From: an uncultured Anaeromyxobacteraceae bacterium
GTDB lineage: Bacteria > Myxococcota_A > UBA9042 > DTJE01
Assembly (NCBI GenBank): GCA_964522105.1
Contig: CAZFVA010000008.1
Coordinates: 20,225-84,224 of the forward strand
DNA: 64,000 nt
Reading direction: 5' to 3'
In this document: positions 1-9,330 of the stretch, in pieces
How positions within the stretch are numbered: position 1 is the first letter of the stretch
Layout of the letters: every line of letters begins with the position of its first letter
The notes under the pieces: generated by a model
Databases searched by the model: none
What the model saw: only the letters and a program-made list of their open reading frames with translations
What the model was told of the DNA's origin: nothing
Position numbers and translations under genes: made by a program

Positions 1-370
1 CGGTAACCCACAGTTTTTCCAGGGCTTTCACAACGACAGTCTCATGCCGCTTTTCAGTCGTCCTGATGAAATCATCATTGCTGACGTCCAGCGTCGGCCA
101 CAGATTCCTGAAATGCGCCTGCATTTCGTCGCAATGTTCCTGCGGCGTCATGCCACGCTTTTTCGCAGCTTCTTCCACTTTCTGACCGTGCTCGTCCACG
201 CCTGTAAGAAAAAACGTCTCGCAGCCGAACATCGCATGGTAACGCTTCAACACGTCGGCCAGGATTGTGGCGTACGCGTGACCGATATGCGGCTTGTCGT
301 TAACGTAATAAATCGGGGTTGTTACGTAATAGCGCTTCTTTTCGTCCACCTGAATTCTCCGAAAAACCAC
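1..370 (-). CDS. metG: Methionyl-tRNA synthetase, N-terminal part (gene continues beyond window start)
   Basis: The minus-strand translation reads ...KKRYYVTTPIYYVNDKPHIGHAYATILADVLKRYHAMFGCETFFLTGVDEHGQKVEEAA... It carries the HIGH motif and the MetRS-typical N-terminus. The putative GTG start is near 370. The ORF track lists only an antisense ORF (44..412 +) here. Confidence 0.85.
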   Translation of the reverse strand, partial: MVFRRIQVDEKKRYYVTTPIYYVNDKPHIGHAYATILADVLKRYHAMFGCETFFLTGVDEHGQKVEEAAKKRGMTPQEHCDEMQAHFRNLWPTLDVSNDDFIRTTEKRHETVVVKALEKLWVT

Positions 371-451
371 GGGAAGTTTAATCCCGGACCGCGACAAGAG
401 GAAGGGGCATGACGCACCCGGCAGGCAGTATCACACTCACCGCAGGCAGTA

Positions 452-1279
452 TCACGTCAAACCGGTCACGAATTCCCTGTTCATGAAGACAGGTTCCGAA
501 AGGCCGGGAACATGCACGTCACCGCCCGCTGAACCGGTCGCGCAGGATTCAATGCGACGGGCAGCATGAACGATGTCGATCATGTAAAGTTCGACGGCTG
601 TGCCGGGCCCCGGTTGAACTGGGACAACAACTTCGGCGGCAAGCGCACATTCAGGCAGCACAACCAGACATTCTTCAAGCCTTTCGGCTGGATACATAAC
701 AACGGCATGACCGTCCGGCGCCAGAACGGCTGAAATCACGCCCATCAGGTCCCGCATGTTCAGATGCAGTTCATGCCTGGCTGCGGCCTTTTCTGAATCC
801 GGATTAACCCGCCCCGACCCGAGCCGGTAAAACGGCGGATTGGAAACGACCAGGTCAAATTGCGCGGATTCGTCAGCCTTACAGGCAGCGACGACAGTTC
901 TGACATCACCGGCGACAACCGAGATCCTGTTTTCAAGACCATTGATTTGTGTGTTGCGGACGGCCCTGTCAGCGGCCAGTGGCTGAATCTCGACCGCTGT
1001 AACCGCTGCCTGTGGCATGTGCGCTGCCAGCAGAATTCCAATAATCCCGCAACCGGCACCAACATCAAGCACAGCGCCGGCCTGGCCGTACGCACCAATC
1101 GCGTACCGCGCCAGGACAACCGAATCTATGCCGAACCTGTAGCCACGACTTGCCTGAATAAATGGCCAGCGGTCAAACAGGACTGTCAGGTCTTCATCTT
1201 CGCCAACAGCCCCTTCAAGGCGCAGCGCATCTTCAATGCCGACCGGGACAGGATATGGGATCGGGGATAGACGGCCCAA
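452..1279 (-). CDS. tRNA (adenine37-N6)-methyltransferase-like class I SAM MTase (TrmN6/YfiC family)
   Basis: Contains the motifs LDVGAGCGIIGILLA (SAM motif I) and VVSNPPFY (N6-adenine MTase NPPF/Y). The YRFGIDSVVLA region aligns to the YfiC N-terminus. The start was chosen at TTG 1279, 1 nt after the stop of the upstream DUF1015 gene. The 1381 start listed in the track is also TTG. Confidence 0.65.
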   Translation of the reverse strand: MGRLSPIPYPVPVGIEDALRLEGAVGEDEDLTVLFDRWPFIQASRGYRFGIDSVVLARYAIGAYGQAGAVLDVGAGCGIIGILLAAHMPQAAVTAVEIQPLAADRAVRNTQINGLENRISVVAGDVRTVVAACKADESAQFDLVVSNPPFYRLGSGRVNPDSEKAAARHELHLNMRDLMGVISAVLAPDGHAVVMYPAERLEECLVVLPECALAAEVVVPVQPGPGTAVELYMIDIVHAARRIESCATGSAGGDVHVPGLSEPVFMNREFVTGLT

Positions 1280-1280
1280 G

Positions 1281-2606
1281 CTACGGAACCTGCTCTTCAA
1301 GCGGGTGGATGACAAGGCCGGAAATGATCTTCGGGAAGAAGTAAGTCGATTTCTGAGGCATTTTTTCGCCAGCCTGGGCAACGGCCTCGATCTGACCTGC
1401 AGTAACCTGATTCATTATGATTCCAACCTGATACCTGGCAGGATTGGCGCGGACAGCGGCATCAATCTCGACCGGGTCATAATGGTAATCAATGTTGGTC
1501 TTGGCGGCCTGGGCTTCAAGTGAGATTCCAAGCATCTCAAGCAGCATGCGCTGGTGAATCCAGGAAACGTCCAGCGCGGCGACCGCAGGATGAAGCCCGC
1601 AATCCCGGGCAAATCTGGCGCGACTTTCCGGCTTCACCAATACGGTGTGCCATCCGAGGCCCTGCAGATACAACCCGAACACAAGCGAGCCGTCCTTTCC
1701 CATCGCTTCAACAGCCAGATCGACCTGGTCCACCGGCTTGTCGATATGCGTAACAACGCAGTCAGCGCGAAGTGCTTCAAGCAGACGTTCATTACTGAAT
1801 CCGGGGACGTCATGAAGCATGCGGTTAAACGGAAGTATTACCAGGCCATCCTGACACGTATTAGCCATATAAACGGTGGCAAAGTTGAACGGTTCGTCGC
1901 CGGTTGAACCACCCAGTTCGGCAATCCTTGCGGCGCGGTAATTTCGCGTCGTTTCGTATCTGTGGTGTCCATCGGCTATGAACTGGGGACTTGAAGAAAG
2001 CACGTCAGAAATGATGTCGACCGCATCCTGGCGGCGAACGATGTGCAGAATGTGCTTGATGCCATCCGGGGTCGTCCCTTCGGCCGCAAATTCCATGACG
2101 CCGGGCTGCGAAAGCACGGCGTCGATCTTTTTGGCAGGATCAGTATAGAAAGAAAAGACCTGTGAACACACGACCTTACAGGCACGGAAAAGCTTGAAGC
2201 GATCAACCTTTGGTCCGTCCAGAGTCTTTTCGTGGGCCAGCAGGCCACCTTCATCAGTCAGACGCCAGCGCCCGATGATTCCACGACGACAGACTCTGCC
2301 GCGACCGGAAAGATCAAACTCCTGGTCATAAACGTAAAAGCCGGGTTCAGCATCCTGAACGATGACGCCGTCTTTCAGAAACTTGCTGAAGTCGTCGCGG
2401 GCACGTGTGTACCGATTATTGTTTTCATCATCGGTATCATATTGATAACCAAGGATCATCCTGACAACGTTCGCAGGATGCTGGTCATAAAGCTCTTTTT
2501 GCAACTCGGGGGAAATGACATCGTACGGGGGCGCCAGAACCTGACCTAGATCCCCGACCTTCTTCGAGTCATACCTGAAAGCTTTAACTGGAAGCACACC
2601 CTTCAT
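1281..2606 (-). CDS. DUF1015 family protein
   Basis: The N-terminus MKGVLPVKAFRYD... and the ~440-aa length match DUF1015/COG4198. ATG at 2606 is preceded by a GAGGA RBS. Confidence 0.7.
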   Translation of the reverse strand: MKGVLPVKAFRYDSKKVGDLGQVLAPPYDVISPELQKELYDQHPANVVRMILGYQYDTDDENNNRYTRARDDFSKFLKDGVIVQDAEPGFYVYDQEFDLSGRGRVCRRGIIGRWRLTDEGGLLAHEKTLDGPKVDRFKLFRACKVVCSQVFSFYTDPAKKIDAVLSQPGVMEFAAEGTTPDGIKHILHIVRRQDAVDIISDVLSSSPQFIADGHHRYETTRNYRAARIAELGGSTGDEPFNFATVYMANTCQDGLVILPFNRMLHDVPGFSNERLLEALRADCVVTHIDKPVDQVDLAVEAMGKDGSLVFGLYLQGLGWHTVLVKPESRARFARDCGLHPAVAALDVSWIHQRMLLEMLGISLEAQAAKTNIDYHYDPVEIDAAVRANPARYQVGIIMNQVTAGQIEAVAQAGEKMPQKSTYFFPKIISGLVIHPLEEQVP

Positions 2607-2813
2607 TTTTTCCTCGCAAGCCTGAACCAGACGCAGCCCGACTGCCCACAATCAATGCAATCGGACCACTTACGGGGCCAAGGCTATCACAACAAACTGC
2701 CCGGTCAACCTTATGAACAAACTTCTAATGCCTGTTTCTGCGCCTGCGGCGACTGTGTAACCGTTTTCAGCAGACACCGCCGCGCTTACACACCACACGA
2801 ATTCGGACTGCAG

Positions 2814-4208
2814 TCATTTACCAAGCAAATCCAAAACCTTACCATGCACACCGAAAAAGTCACGTCCGCTCATGCCCAGAATTACATCACCGACATCAGC
2901 ACTGGCAACAGCTTCGGCCGCAAGTTCATCCATGTCCGCGATAATCGCCGCCGGAGTCCCCCGGGCGCTGATGTCAGAAACAAGGCGGGCCATGTCGATT
3001 TTCTGGTCCTGGGGAAGGCCATCGGCCTTTTCAAAAGGACTGCAGAACAGCACACGATCAGCCTGGGAAAACGCGTCTACATATTCAGACTGAAAAACCT
3101 TACGACGACTGGTGTTTGATTCCGGTTCGAACAACGCGATGATTTTGCTGCCGGGATACGCCAGCCTTACCGCGCGGATAGTCTCGCGGACGGCCGTCGG
3201 GTGATGGGCAAAATCGTCAATGACTGTGACCCCGCGCGCAACACCTTTTACTTCCTGACGTTTTTTGATGCCTGAAAAGGAAATAAGCGCATCAGCCAGT
3301 CGCGAATTGACTGCCCCGATTTCATGCAGAACGCCAAGAGCGGCAATCGTATTTGAAAGGTTATGTCTGCCAATCAACGGCGAAACGAACCGGCCGACGA
3401 CAACTTCATTGCAGATAAGATTAAAGCTGACCCTGCCCCCGGCCCACTCGATGCCAGTCGCATGCCACCAGCCTTCGTCGATGCCGAAAGTGCGGACTGT
3501 GGCCGCTGTTTCTGTGGCCGCCGCCGCCGCGTTGGCATCGTCAACTGGTATCAGCAGCGGGCTTCCCGCAGGCATGATCTTCGCAAATTTCGCAAACGAC
3601 GCGATTACTGCCGCAAGGTCGGCATAGATGTCAGCATGGTCAAATTCGACGTTATTGATGATTGCGGCCTGCGGCGCATAGTGAAGGAATTTCGGCCCCT
3701 TATCAAAATAGGCCGTATCGTACTCGTCGCCTTCAACTACAAAAAATCGGCCCGCCCCTGCCCTGAAATTGGACCCGAAATCGAGCGGCACCCCACCCAC
3801 CAGATAACCGGGATCAAACCCCTGGGCATACAGAAGCCACGACAACAGCGACGATGTCGTTGTTTTGCCGTGCGTTCCGGTCACGACAACCGGAAACCTG
3901 CCTGCCAGATAGTGTTCACGCAAAGCTTCCGGAAAAGACATGAACGGGATGCCGCGTGCCCGCATCGCTTCGGCTTCAGGATTGTCGCGCCTCATCACGT
4001 TCCCGACAACGACAAGGTCAGGTTCCCAGTCCAGATTGCTGCCGTCATAAGGTGACATGACGTCTATCTTCAGGCTGGCAAGCAGGTCGCCGACCGGCGG
4101 GTACGGATACACCCTGTCAGAACCCCTGACTTCATGACCTGAATCCTGAAGCAACCCGGCAACTGCCGACATTGCGGTACCGCCAATCCCCATAACGTGA
4201 ATCTTCAT
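2814..4208 (-). CDS. mpl: UDP-N-acetylmuramate:L-alanyl-gamma-D-glutamyl-meso-DAP ligase (murein peptide ligase)
   Basis: Begins MKIHVMGIGGTAMSAVAGLL, has the Mur ligase P-loop VTGTHGKTTTSSL and the DDFAHHP motif. ATG at 4208. Confidence 0.85.
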   Translation of the reverse strand: MKIHVMGIGGTAMSAVAGLLQDSGHEVRGSDRVYPYPPVGDLLASLKIDVMSPYDGSNLDWEPDLVVVGNVMRRDNPEAEAMRARGIPFMSFPEALREHYLAGRFPVVVTGTHGKTTTSSLLSWLLYAQGFDPGYLVGGVPLDFGSNFRAGAGRFFVVEGDEYDTAYFDKGPKFLHYAPQAAIINNVEFDHADIYADLAAVIASFAKFAKIMPAGSPLLIPVDDANAAAAATETAATVRTFGIDEGWWHATGIEWAGGRVSFNLICNEVVVGRFVSPLIGRHNLSNTIAALGVLHEIGAVNSRLADALISFSGIKKRQEVKGVARGVTVIDDFAHHPTAVRETIRAVRLAYPGSKIIALFEPESNTSRRKVFQSEYVDAFSQADRVLFCSPFEKADGLPQDQKIDMARLVSDISARGTPAAIIADMDELAAEAVASADVGDVILGMSGRDFFGVHGKVLDLLGK

Positions 4209-4300
4209 GACCTGACCTCCCCGGGACCAATCCGGCCCGGCTTCTGACGCCGATTCTATCCCGGGAACTGAAACTACACTAAATGGAACGACCCGCCGCG

Positions 4301-4329
4301 TTGACGTACGGGCGGCACGCAGGTATAAT
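4301..4329 (+). promoter_or_regulatory. Consensus sigma70-type promoter (TTGACG-17nt-TATAAT) driving the radical SAM/GT2 operon
   Basis: ttgacg at 4301-4306, a 17-nt spacer, and tataat at 4324-4329, only ~8 nt before ATG 4338. The transcript is either leaderless or the true start is the AAGGA-preceded ATG near 4371. Confidence 0.5.
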
Positions 4330-4337
4330 CGGCCTAC

Positions 4338-5486
4338 ATGACCACGCGGGAAATGAAGGAAAAACGGCGCATGCACGATTCCAGTTTGCTTAGTTCTGCC
4401 ATGATTCTGGGACGATCGATGGTGCGGTGCGTCATTGGCAGACCAAGCCCGACAATGCTGATTCTGGAACCGACTCTGCGATGCAATTCCCGCTGCATTA
4501 CATGTTACAACCGGAAAAATCTGAATCAATCTGGTGCAGACCTCGACGTCGCGACTTGTCGAAGGATTGCAGCAGACCTGCCCGACCTGCTTCTTCTGGA
4601 AATCAGCGGGGGCGAACCGTCATTACACAAGGAACTCCCCGATCTGATTGCCGAATTCGTAAAAGCCACACCAGTAAAATATATCAGCATCCCCACCAAC
4701 GCCATCATGCCCGACGCAGTGGAAAAGATGGCCCGGGAAGTCTGCAATGTATTCAAGGGCTTTGTAGGTATTGGCCTGTCGATGGACGGTATTGGCGAAA
4801 CTCATGACGCCATCCGGGGTGTGAACGGCAATTTTGATTCTTTGCAGGAAACGTACAGACGTCTGGTCGTTCTTAAAAAGACTCTGCCCAACCTTCATAT
4901 CAGTGTAAATACATGTATTTGTTCGCAGAATGAATCATCTTACCGGGATATTCTTTCCTGGGTTGCTGATAACTGGCCGGAAATTGAAGGTCACAGCATC
5001 AGCCTTGTAAGGGCACCGGGAACGGACCAGGCCAGAATGGATTGCGCCGGATTTCTGAAAAGGGAAGGCAAGTACCTTAAAGGACAGGCGCGGTTGCGTG
5101 ACGGGTATCGCCTCGGTCTGGCCGGTCAATTAAACAAGCTGTTCTGGGGGACCTATTACTCCGAGGCGCTGAAATATCATCGCGGACAGCCTCGACACTG
5201 GCGATGTTCGGCTGGGAGTGGATCCATCTACATTGACGCTTTCGGTTCTGTGCATACCTGCGAGCTGCGTGATCCGATTGGTTCACTGCGTAACCCCGGA
5301 ACAAGTTTAAGCAGCATACTTAACAGCGCGGCTGCAAATCGCGAACGCCTTGAAATAGATACCGGAAAATGCTCATGTGACCATTCCTGTTTTCTTCAGC
5401 ACAGCGCCTTTACAAGACCTGGAAACATCGGTTTCTGGTGGCGCGGCCTGATGAATTCCCATGATGAAGGCATCCAATATGACTAA
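4338..5486 (+). CDS. Radical SAM protein with C-terminal SPASM/twitch-like Cys-rich domain
   Basis: CNSRCITC forms the CxxxCxxC motif. Downstream lie GGEP and C-terminal CSAGSGSIYIDAFGSVHTCE...CSCDHSC clusters. The start is uncertain, between 4338 and ~4420. Confidence 0.8.
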   Translation: MTTREMKEKRRMHDSSLLSSAMILGRSMVRCVIGRPSPTMLILEPTLRCNSRCITCYNRKNLNQSGADLDVATCRRIAADLPDLLLLEISGGEPSLHKELPDLIAEFVKATPVKYISIPTNAIMPDAVEKMAREVCNVFKGFVGIGLSMDGIGETHDAIRGVNGNFDSLQETYRRLVVLKKTLPNLHISVNTCICSQNESSYRDILSWVADNWPEIEGHSISLVRAPGTDQARMDCAGFLKREGKYLKGQARLRDGYRLGLAGQLNKLFWGTYYSEALKYHRGQPRHWRCSAGSGSIYIDAFGSVHTCELRDPIGSLRNPGTSLSSILNSAAANRERLEIDTGKCSCDHSCFLQHSAFTRPGNIGFWWRGLMNSHDEGIQYD

Positions 5487-6558
5487 CCCTGTCATAGGCA
5501 TCGTTGTGATATTCAGGTTTCGGACAAGTTACGTTGATCAGTGCATCCAGAATCTGCTTAAGATGGAAGGCGGTCCCTGGCCGCTGGTGATTGTGCCGGA
5601 TCAATATGTCCCGGAATATGATGGACTCGCAATTCAGGTGCCGCGAAAAGCAGGCATTTCGGCAAAACGGAATTTCGGAGTTAACCATTTACCCCCGGAA
5701 TGCACACATGTCGCGTTCATCGATTCTGACGCATATCCAAGGGTTGACTGGCTTGTCAACGCTCGTGCCCGACTTCAACAGGCAGATGATTCTGTCGCCG
5801 CAATTTGCGGACCGACAATGACCCCTCCGGACGATTCGTGGTCGCGCAAGATTTCTGGACACGCGCTCAGCAGCACTTTAGTGATGGGTCCAACGCTCAG
5901 TCTCCTTTGCCGCGACACCGGCCCTGTACAGCCCGTCCGGGAAGCTTCGACATGCAATCTGATCGTCAATCTGGAAACCTTTCGGTCAGTCGGTGGTTTC
6001 GATGAAAACTTGCTGACTTCCGAAGATATTGCCCTCGTTTACGCCATCATCGACGCCGGCAACCAGATACTGCGTGATCCGCAGGTGGTCGTTTTTCACC
6101 ACAGGCGTGACTTGCTGCACTTCTGGCTGCAATGGTTTAACGAGGGACTCGCCCTGCGACAGCGCAGAAAGTCTAAACAGGGATACTCGCTGAAGATCTG
6201 TCTTCCTTCGGTTAAGATGCTGGCAATGACTGCTCTGGCATTATCAGCCTTCTGGATTGGAACGACCGCCCTGCTAATCCTTGCTGCCCTCCAAGTAGTT
6301 GAGTTTACTATCTTCTTTATAGATCGGATTATCGCACGCGTTCCAGTTGGCGAAGCTTTCGGGGCAGCTCTGGCGATGTGGGGCTTTCCAAAGGCTTACG
6401 GATTCGGCGGTCACTTATCTTATGTTCTTAGCAAGAATATATATGTTTTTAACCGTAACGACCCCCCGGCAACTACCTGTGTAATAAAAACCGCCATTGT
6501 CCGCCGGTTTACAAAGGAAATGCCGAAACTGGACCTGAAAATCAGTGATAACGCGTGA
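5461..6558 (+). CDS. Family 2 glycosyltransferase (GT-A) with C-terminal transmembrane segments
   Basis: GT2 N-terminal fold with VIVPDQY...FIDSDA (DxD) and 3-4 hydrophobic helices at the C-terminus. It overlaps the rSAM gene. An alternative ATG at 5479 overlaps the rSAM TAA stop, which suggests translational coupling. Confidence 0.75.
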   Translation: MMKASNMTNPVIGIVVIFRFRTSYVDQCIQNLLKMEGGPWPLVIVPDQYVPEYDGLAIQVPRKAGISAKRNFGVNHLPPECTHVAFIDSDAYPRVDWLVNARARLQQADDSVAAICGPTMTPPDDSWSRKISGHALSSTLVMGPTLSLLCRDTGPVQPVREASTCNLIVNLETFRSVGGFDENLLTSEDIALVYAIIDAGNQILRDPQVVVFHHRRDLLHFWLQWFNEGLALRQRRKSKQGYSLKICLPSVKMLAMTALALSAFWIGTTALLILAALQVVEFTIFFIDRIIARVPVGEAFGAALAMWGFPKAYGFGGHLSYVLSKNIYVFNRNDPPATTCVIKTAIVRRFTKEMPKLDLKISDNA

Positions 6559-6800
6559 AATTCATCAAGTAACCTCCCCTGACACATTTCCAGGGCCGTT
6601 TCAAGAAGTGCGCACAATGCACGCATCCCGGTTTATTTGTCTAACCCTGATGGCCGCAGACGCTTGAAGCGTTGACGCTGAACCCGCGTGGCACAATCTA
6701 CGGCTGGCACCAGACACCGGAACAATTATCGAAACGTCAGAGCTTCAAAAACCGAAATGCCTGCCGTGTTTTGCCCCCCCCTTCCTAAAAGGAGATTCAA

Positions 6801-8033
6801 ATGAAAAAGCGAACAGAAAACATGCCTGCGACGGTAGAAGACCATCTTTTCGACAGAGTTGCAGCAATACTGGAACAGGCTCGTGCAAACGTGGTTCGAG
6901 CCGTAAACCACAACATGGTCATCGCATACTGGGCCATCGGCCGCGAGATTGTGATAGACCTGCAGCGTGGCGAGAGCCGTGCTGATTATGGGCAGCAGGT
7001 ATTCAATGAACTATCCGAACGATTGACCGTAAAATATGGGGCGGGCTGGTCAAAAACAAACCTGTGGAGTTTCAGACTCTTCTATTTGTTATATGCCGAT
7101 CGAGTACCATCAATTCCACACACACTGTGTGTGGAATCTTCAGAACAAACTGATTTAATTGACTTAAGTCGTAATTCGAAACACTGGCCCATCAAGGATT
7201 CTGATCATTCGAGAGCCGCTGGCCCCGATTTAACTTTTCATCTTTCGTGGTCTCACTACCGAACCCTGATACGGGTAGAAAACGACGAAGCTCGGATTTA
7301 CTATGAACACGCGGCAATCGCCGAAGGCTGGAGCGTAAGAGTACTTCAGCGTCAAATCAGCTCGCAATATTTTGAACGTCTGGCAAGAAGCCGTAACAAG
7401 CGAAAAAAGGCAGACGGAAATTTTCCCATTGTGGTTGAACCCGATGCCGTTCCAGTCGCCACAACTGAGCATGAACCGATTCGCGCACTGATTGACACCA
7501 TTAAGGACCCGTACGTATTGGAATTTCTGGGCATCCCTGATCCAACTGCATTACATGAATCCGATCTTGAAACCGCGATCATCGGGCATCTACAGGAATT
7601 CATGCTCGAATTGGGAAAAGGATTTGCTTTCGTGGCAAGGCAGAAGCGATTGTCATTTGATGGTGACGACCTGTATGTTGACCTGGTCTTCTATAACTGC
7701 TTTCTGAAGTGCTACCTGTTGATTGACCTGAAGATGGGAAGACTGACGCATGGTGATGTCGGTCAGATGGATGGATACGTACGGATGTTTGACGACCTGT
7801 ACGCGGCGGCCGACGACAACCCGACCATCGGCCTGATCTTGTGCACCCAGAGTAACAACACAGTAGCCCGATATTCGGTTCTGAACGATCGCAGACAAAT
7901 ATTCGCCAGCAAGTACGTCACATATCTTCCGACCGAAGCAGAATTTTCCATTGAAATCACCCGCGAAAGAGCCCTGGCCGAACAACAGATTGCGGCGACG
8001 GCGGAGCGTCAAATATCCAAAATCTGCCGTTAA
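6801..8033 (+). CDS. YhcG/DUF1016-like PDDEXK nuclease family protein
   Basis: AYWAIGREIV...RADYGQQVFNELSERLTVKYGAGWSKTNLWSFRLFYLLY plus LSWSHYRTLIRVENDEARIYYE are typical of YhcG/DUF1016. A GGAG RBS precedes the start. Confidence 0.7.
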   Translation: MKKRTENMPATVEDHLFDRVAAILEQARANVVRAVNHNMVIAYWAIGREIVIDLQRGESRADYGQQVFNELSERLTVKYGAGWSKTNLWSFRLFYLLYADRVPSIPHTLCVESSEQTDLIDLSRNSKHWPIKDSDHSRAAGPDLTFHLSWSHYRTLIRVENDEARIYYEHAAIAEGWSVRVLQRQISSQYFERLARSRNKRKKADGNFPIVVEPDAVPVATTEHEPIRALIDTIKDPYVLEFLGIPDPTALHESDLETAIIGHLQEFMLELGKGFAFVARQKRLSFDGDDLYVDLVFYNCFLKCYLLIDLKMGRLTHGDVGQMDGYVRMFDDLYAAADDNPTIGLILCTQSNNTVARYSVLNDRRQIFASKYVTYLPTEAEFSIEITRERALAEQQIAATAERQISKICR

Positions 8034-8214
8034 CGATCAGAATTCCTGGTTCTTCATCCAAATCTGCGCCACCGACCAGGCTTTTATAAAACTCACTTTT
8101 GCCCGCCATTACGATTGCTTGACTCTTAAATCAGGGCCACCAATACTTAACCCGTAGATTGATTTCATGAAAGCAAGGTTCTGGACGCCATCACCGGCGG
8201 ACGGAGGGGGCGGC

Positions 8215-9330
8215 ATGGTGTCTGACAGGCTGAATCAAGTGGCGGATGAACCGTTTCTGGAAGCCCGCCTGCGGGCAGGTGCAGAAGGTCGCGCGCTGGG
8301 ACTGGGACTGTCGTCGTACTTCCCGCTGGAAGTGTTTGATGCCTTCGGGCTGGCGGGCATTCGCATGCCACCCGGGCCGATGACCGGCTACCCACGCGCC
8401 GATGGCGTCCTGCAGGCGTTTGCATGCACCACCGTCCGTTCGATGCTGGAAAGGCTTCTGCAGGCCGATCTGCCTGTCGGTCTGGTCGGTTCCACCAGCG
8501 GTTGCGATGCGCTGACAACCGTGCCGGGCATCCTTAACGCCGCGATACCATCGCTGCCGGTCGTTTCGCTGCGCCTTGCAGTCGCGGTTGAATCCGAAGC
8601 CGCCAGTCACCACGCAACACTTACACTTAAAGACATGTGCCGCGAAGCCGCCGCAATACTGGGACGGGCAATTGACATGGACCGCCTGGAAACGGCCATC
8701 GTCGAACGCGAAGCCGTGCGCATCCGAGTTGGAGACCTGTTTGACCGTCTGCCATCACGTGACGTCCCGGCATCCAGGATTTACGCCGCCGCCATTGCTG
8801 CCCAGGTCATGGCCCCGGCGGACTTTCTTGCGCTTTGCGAAACGTCGTTTGCGGTCGGTGCGGCTTCGGTAGATGACACAACCAAAACTACGGTTATCCC
8901 GATCCTGCTGTCCGGTGAAATGATTCCGTCCGTCCAGTGGATTCGCGACCTTGAAGATATGGGTGCAGCCATCGTATCGGACGACACCAACACAGGCTCG
9001 CGGGAAGCCGGTCGCCGTGTTCGCGCCGACCAGCCTGACCGGTTGCAGGCCATCGCCGAAAGCCTGATTCACCGCCCGGTCCACAGCCCTGAAAGGTTCG
9101 TATCAGGTCGCCCGGAAGGCGTCGCAGCGCGGGCCAGTGACGCAGGCGCGAAAGCCGCGATCCTGCTGCACTACAAGTTCTGCGACCCGAGCGCGTTCGA
9201 GGCACCGTCACTGGTGGCCGCCCTGAAAAAGGTCGGCATCCCGTCAATCGTGCTGGAAATCGATCGCCAGATCACGATGACAGGGGGCGACCGAACCAGG
9301 GTCCAGACTATGCTGGAGGCGCTGCCATGA
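8215..9330 (+). CDS. 2-hydroxyacyl-CoA dehydratase / benzoyl-CoA reductase D-component family subunit (HgdB/BcrC-like)
   Basis: HGD-D family features including LHYKFCDP. The start was chosen at ATG 8215, behind a GGAGGGGG RBS. The stop overlaps the next gene's ATG (ATGA). Confidence 0.7.
   Translation: MVSDRLNQVADEPFLEARLRAGAEGRALGLGLSSYFPLEVFDAFGLAGIRMPPGPMTGYPRADGVLQAFACTTVRSMLERLLQADLPVGLVGSTSGCDALTTVPGILNAAIPSLPVVSLRLAVAVESEAASHHATLTLKDMCREAAAILGRAIDMDRLETAIVEREAVRIRVGDLFDRLPSRDVPASRIYAAAIAAQVMAPADFLALCETSFAVGAASVDDTTKTTVIPILLSGEMIPSVQWIRDLEDMGAAIVSDDTNTGSREAGRRVRADQPDRLQAIAESLIHRPVHSPERFVSGRPEGVAARASDAGAKAAILLHYKFCDPSAFEAPSLVAALKKVGIPSIVLEIDRQITMTGGDRTRVQTMLEALP

Noticed and set aside
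44-412. 122-aa + strand ORF
   Set aside because: It lies antisense to the clearly coding metG 5' region (HIGH motif on the minus strand) and is likely a GC-driven shadow ORF.
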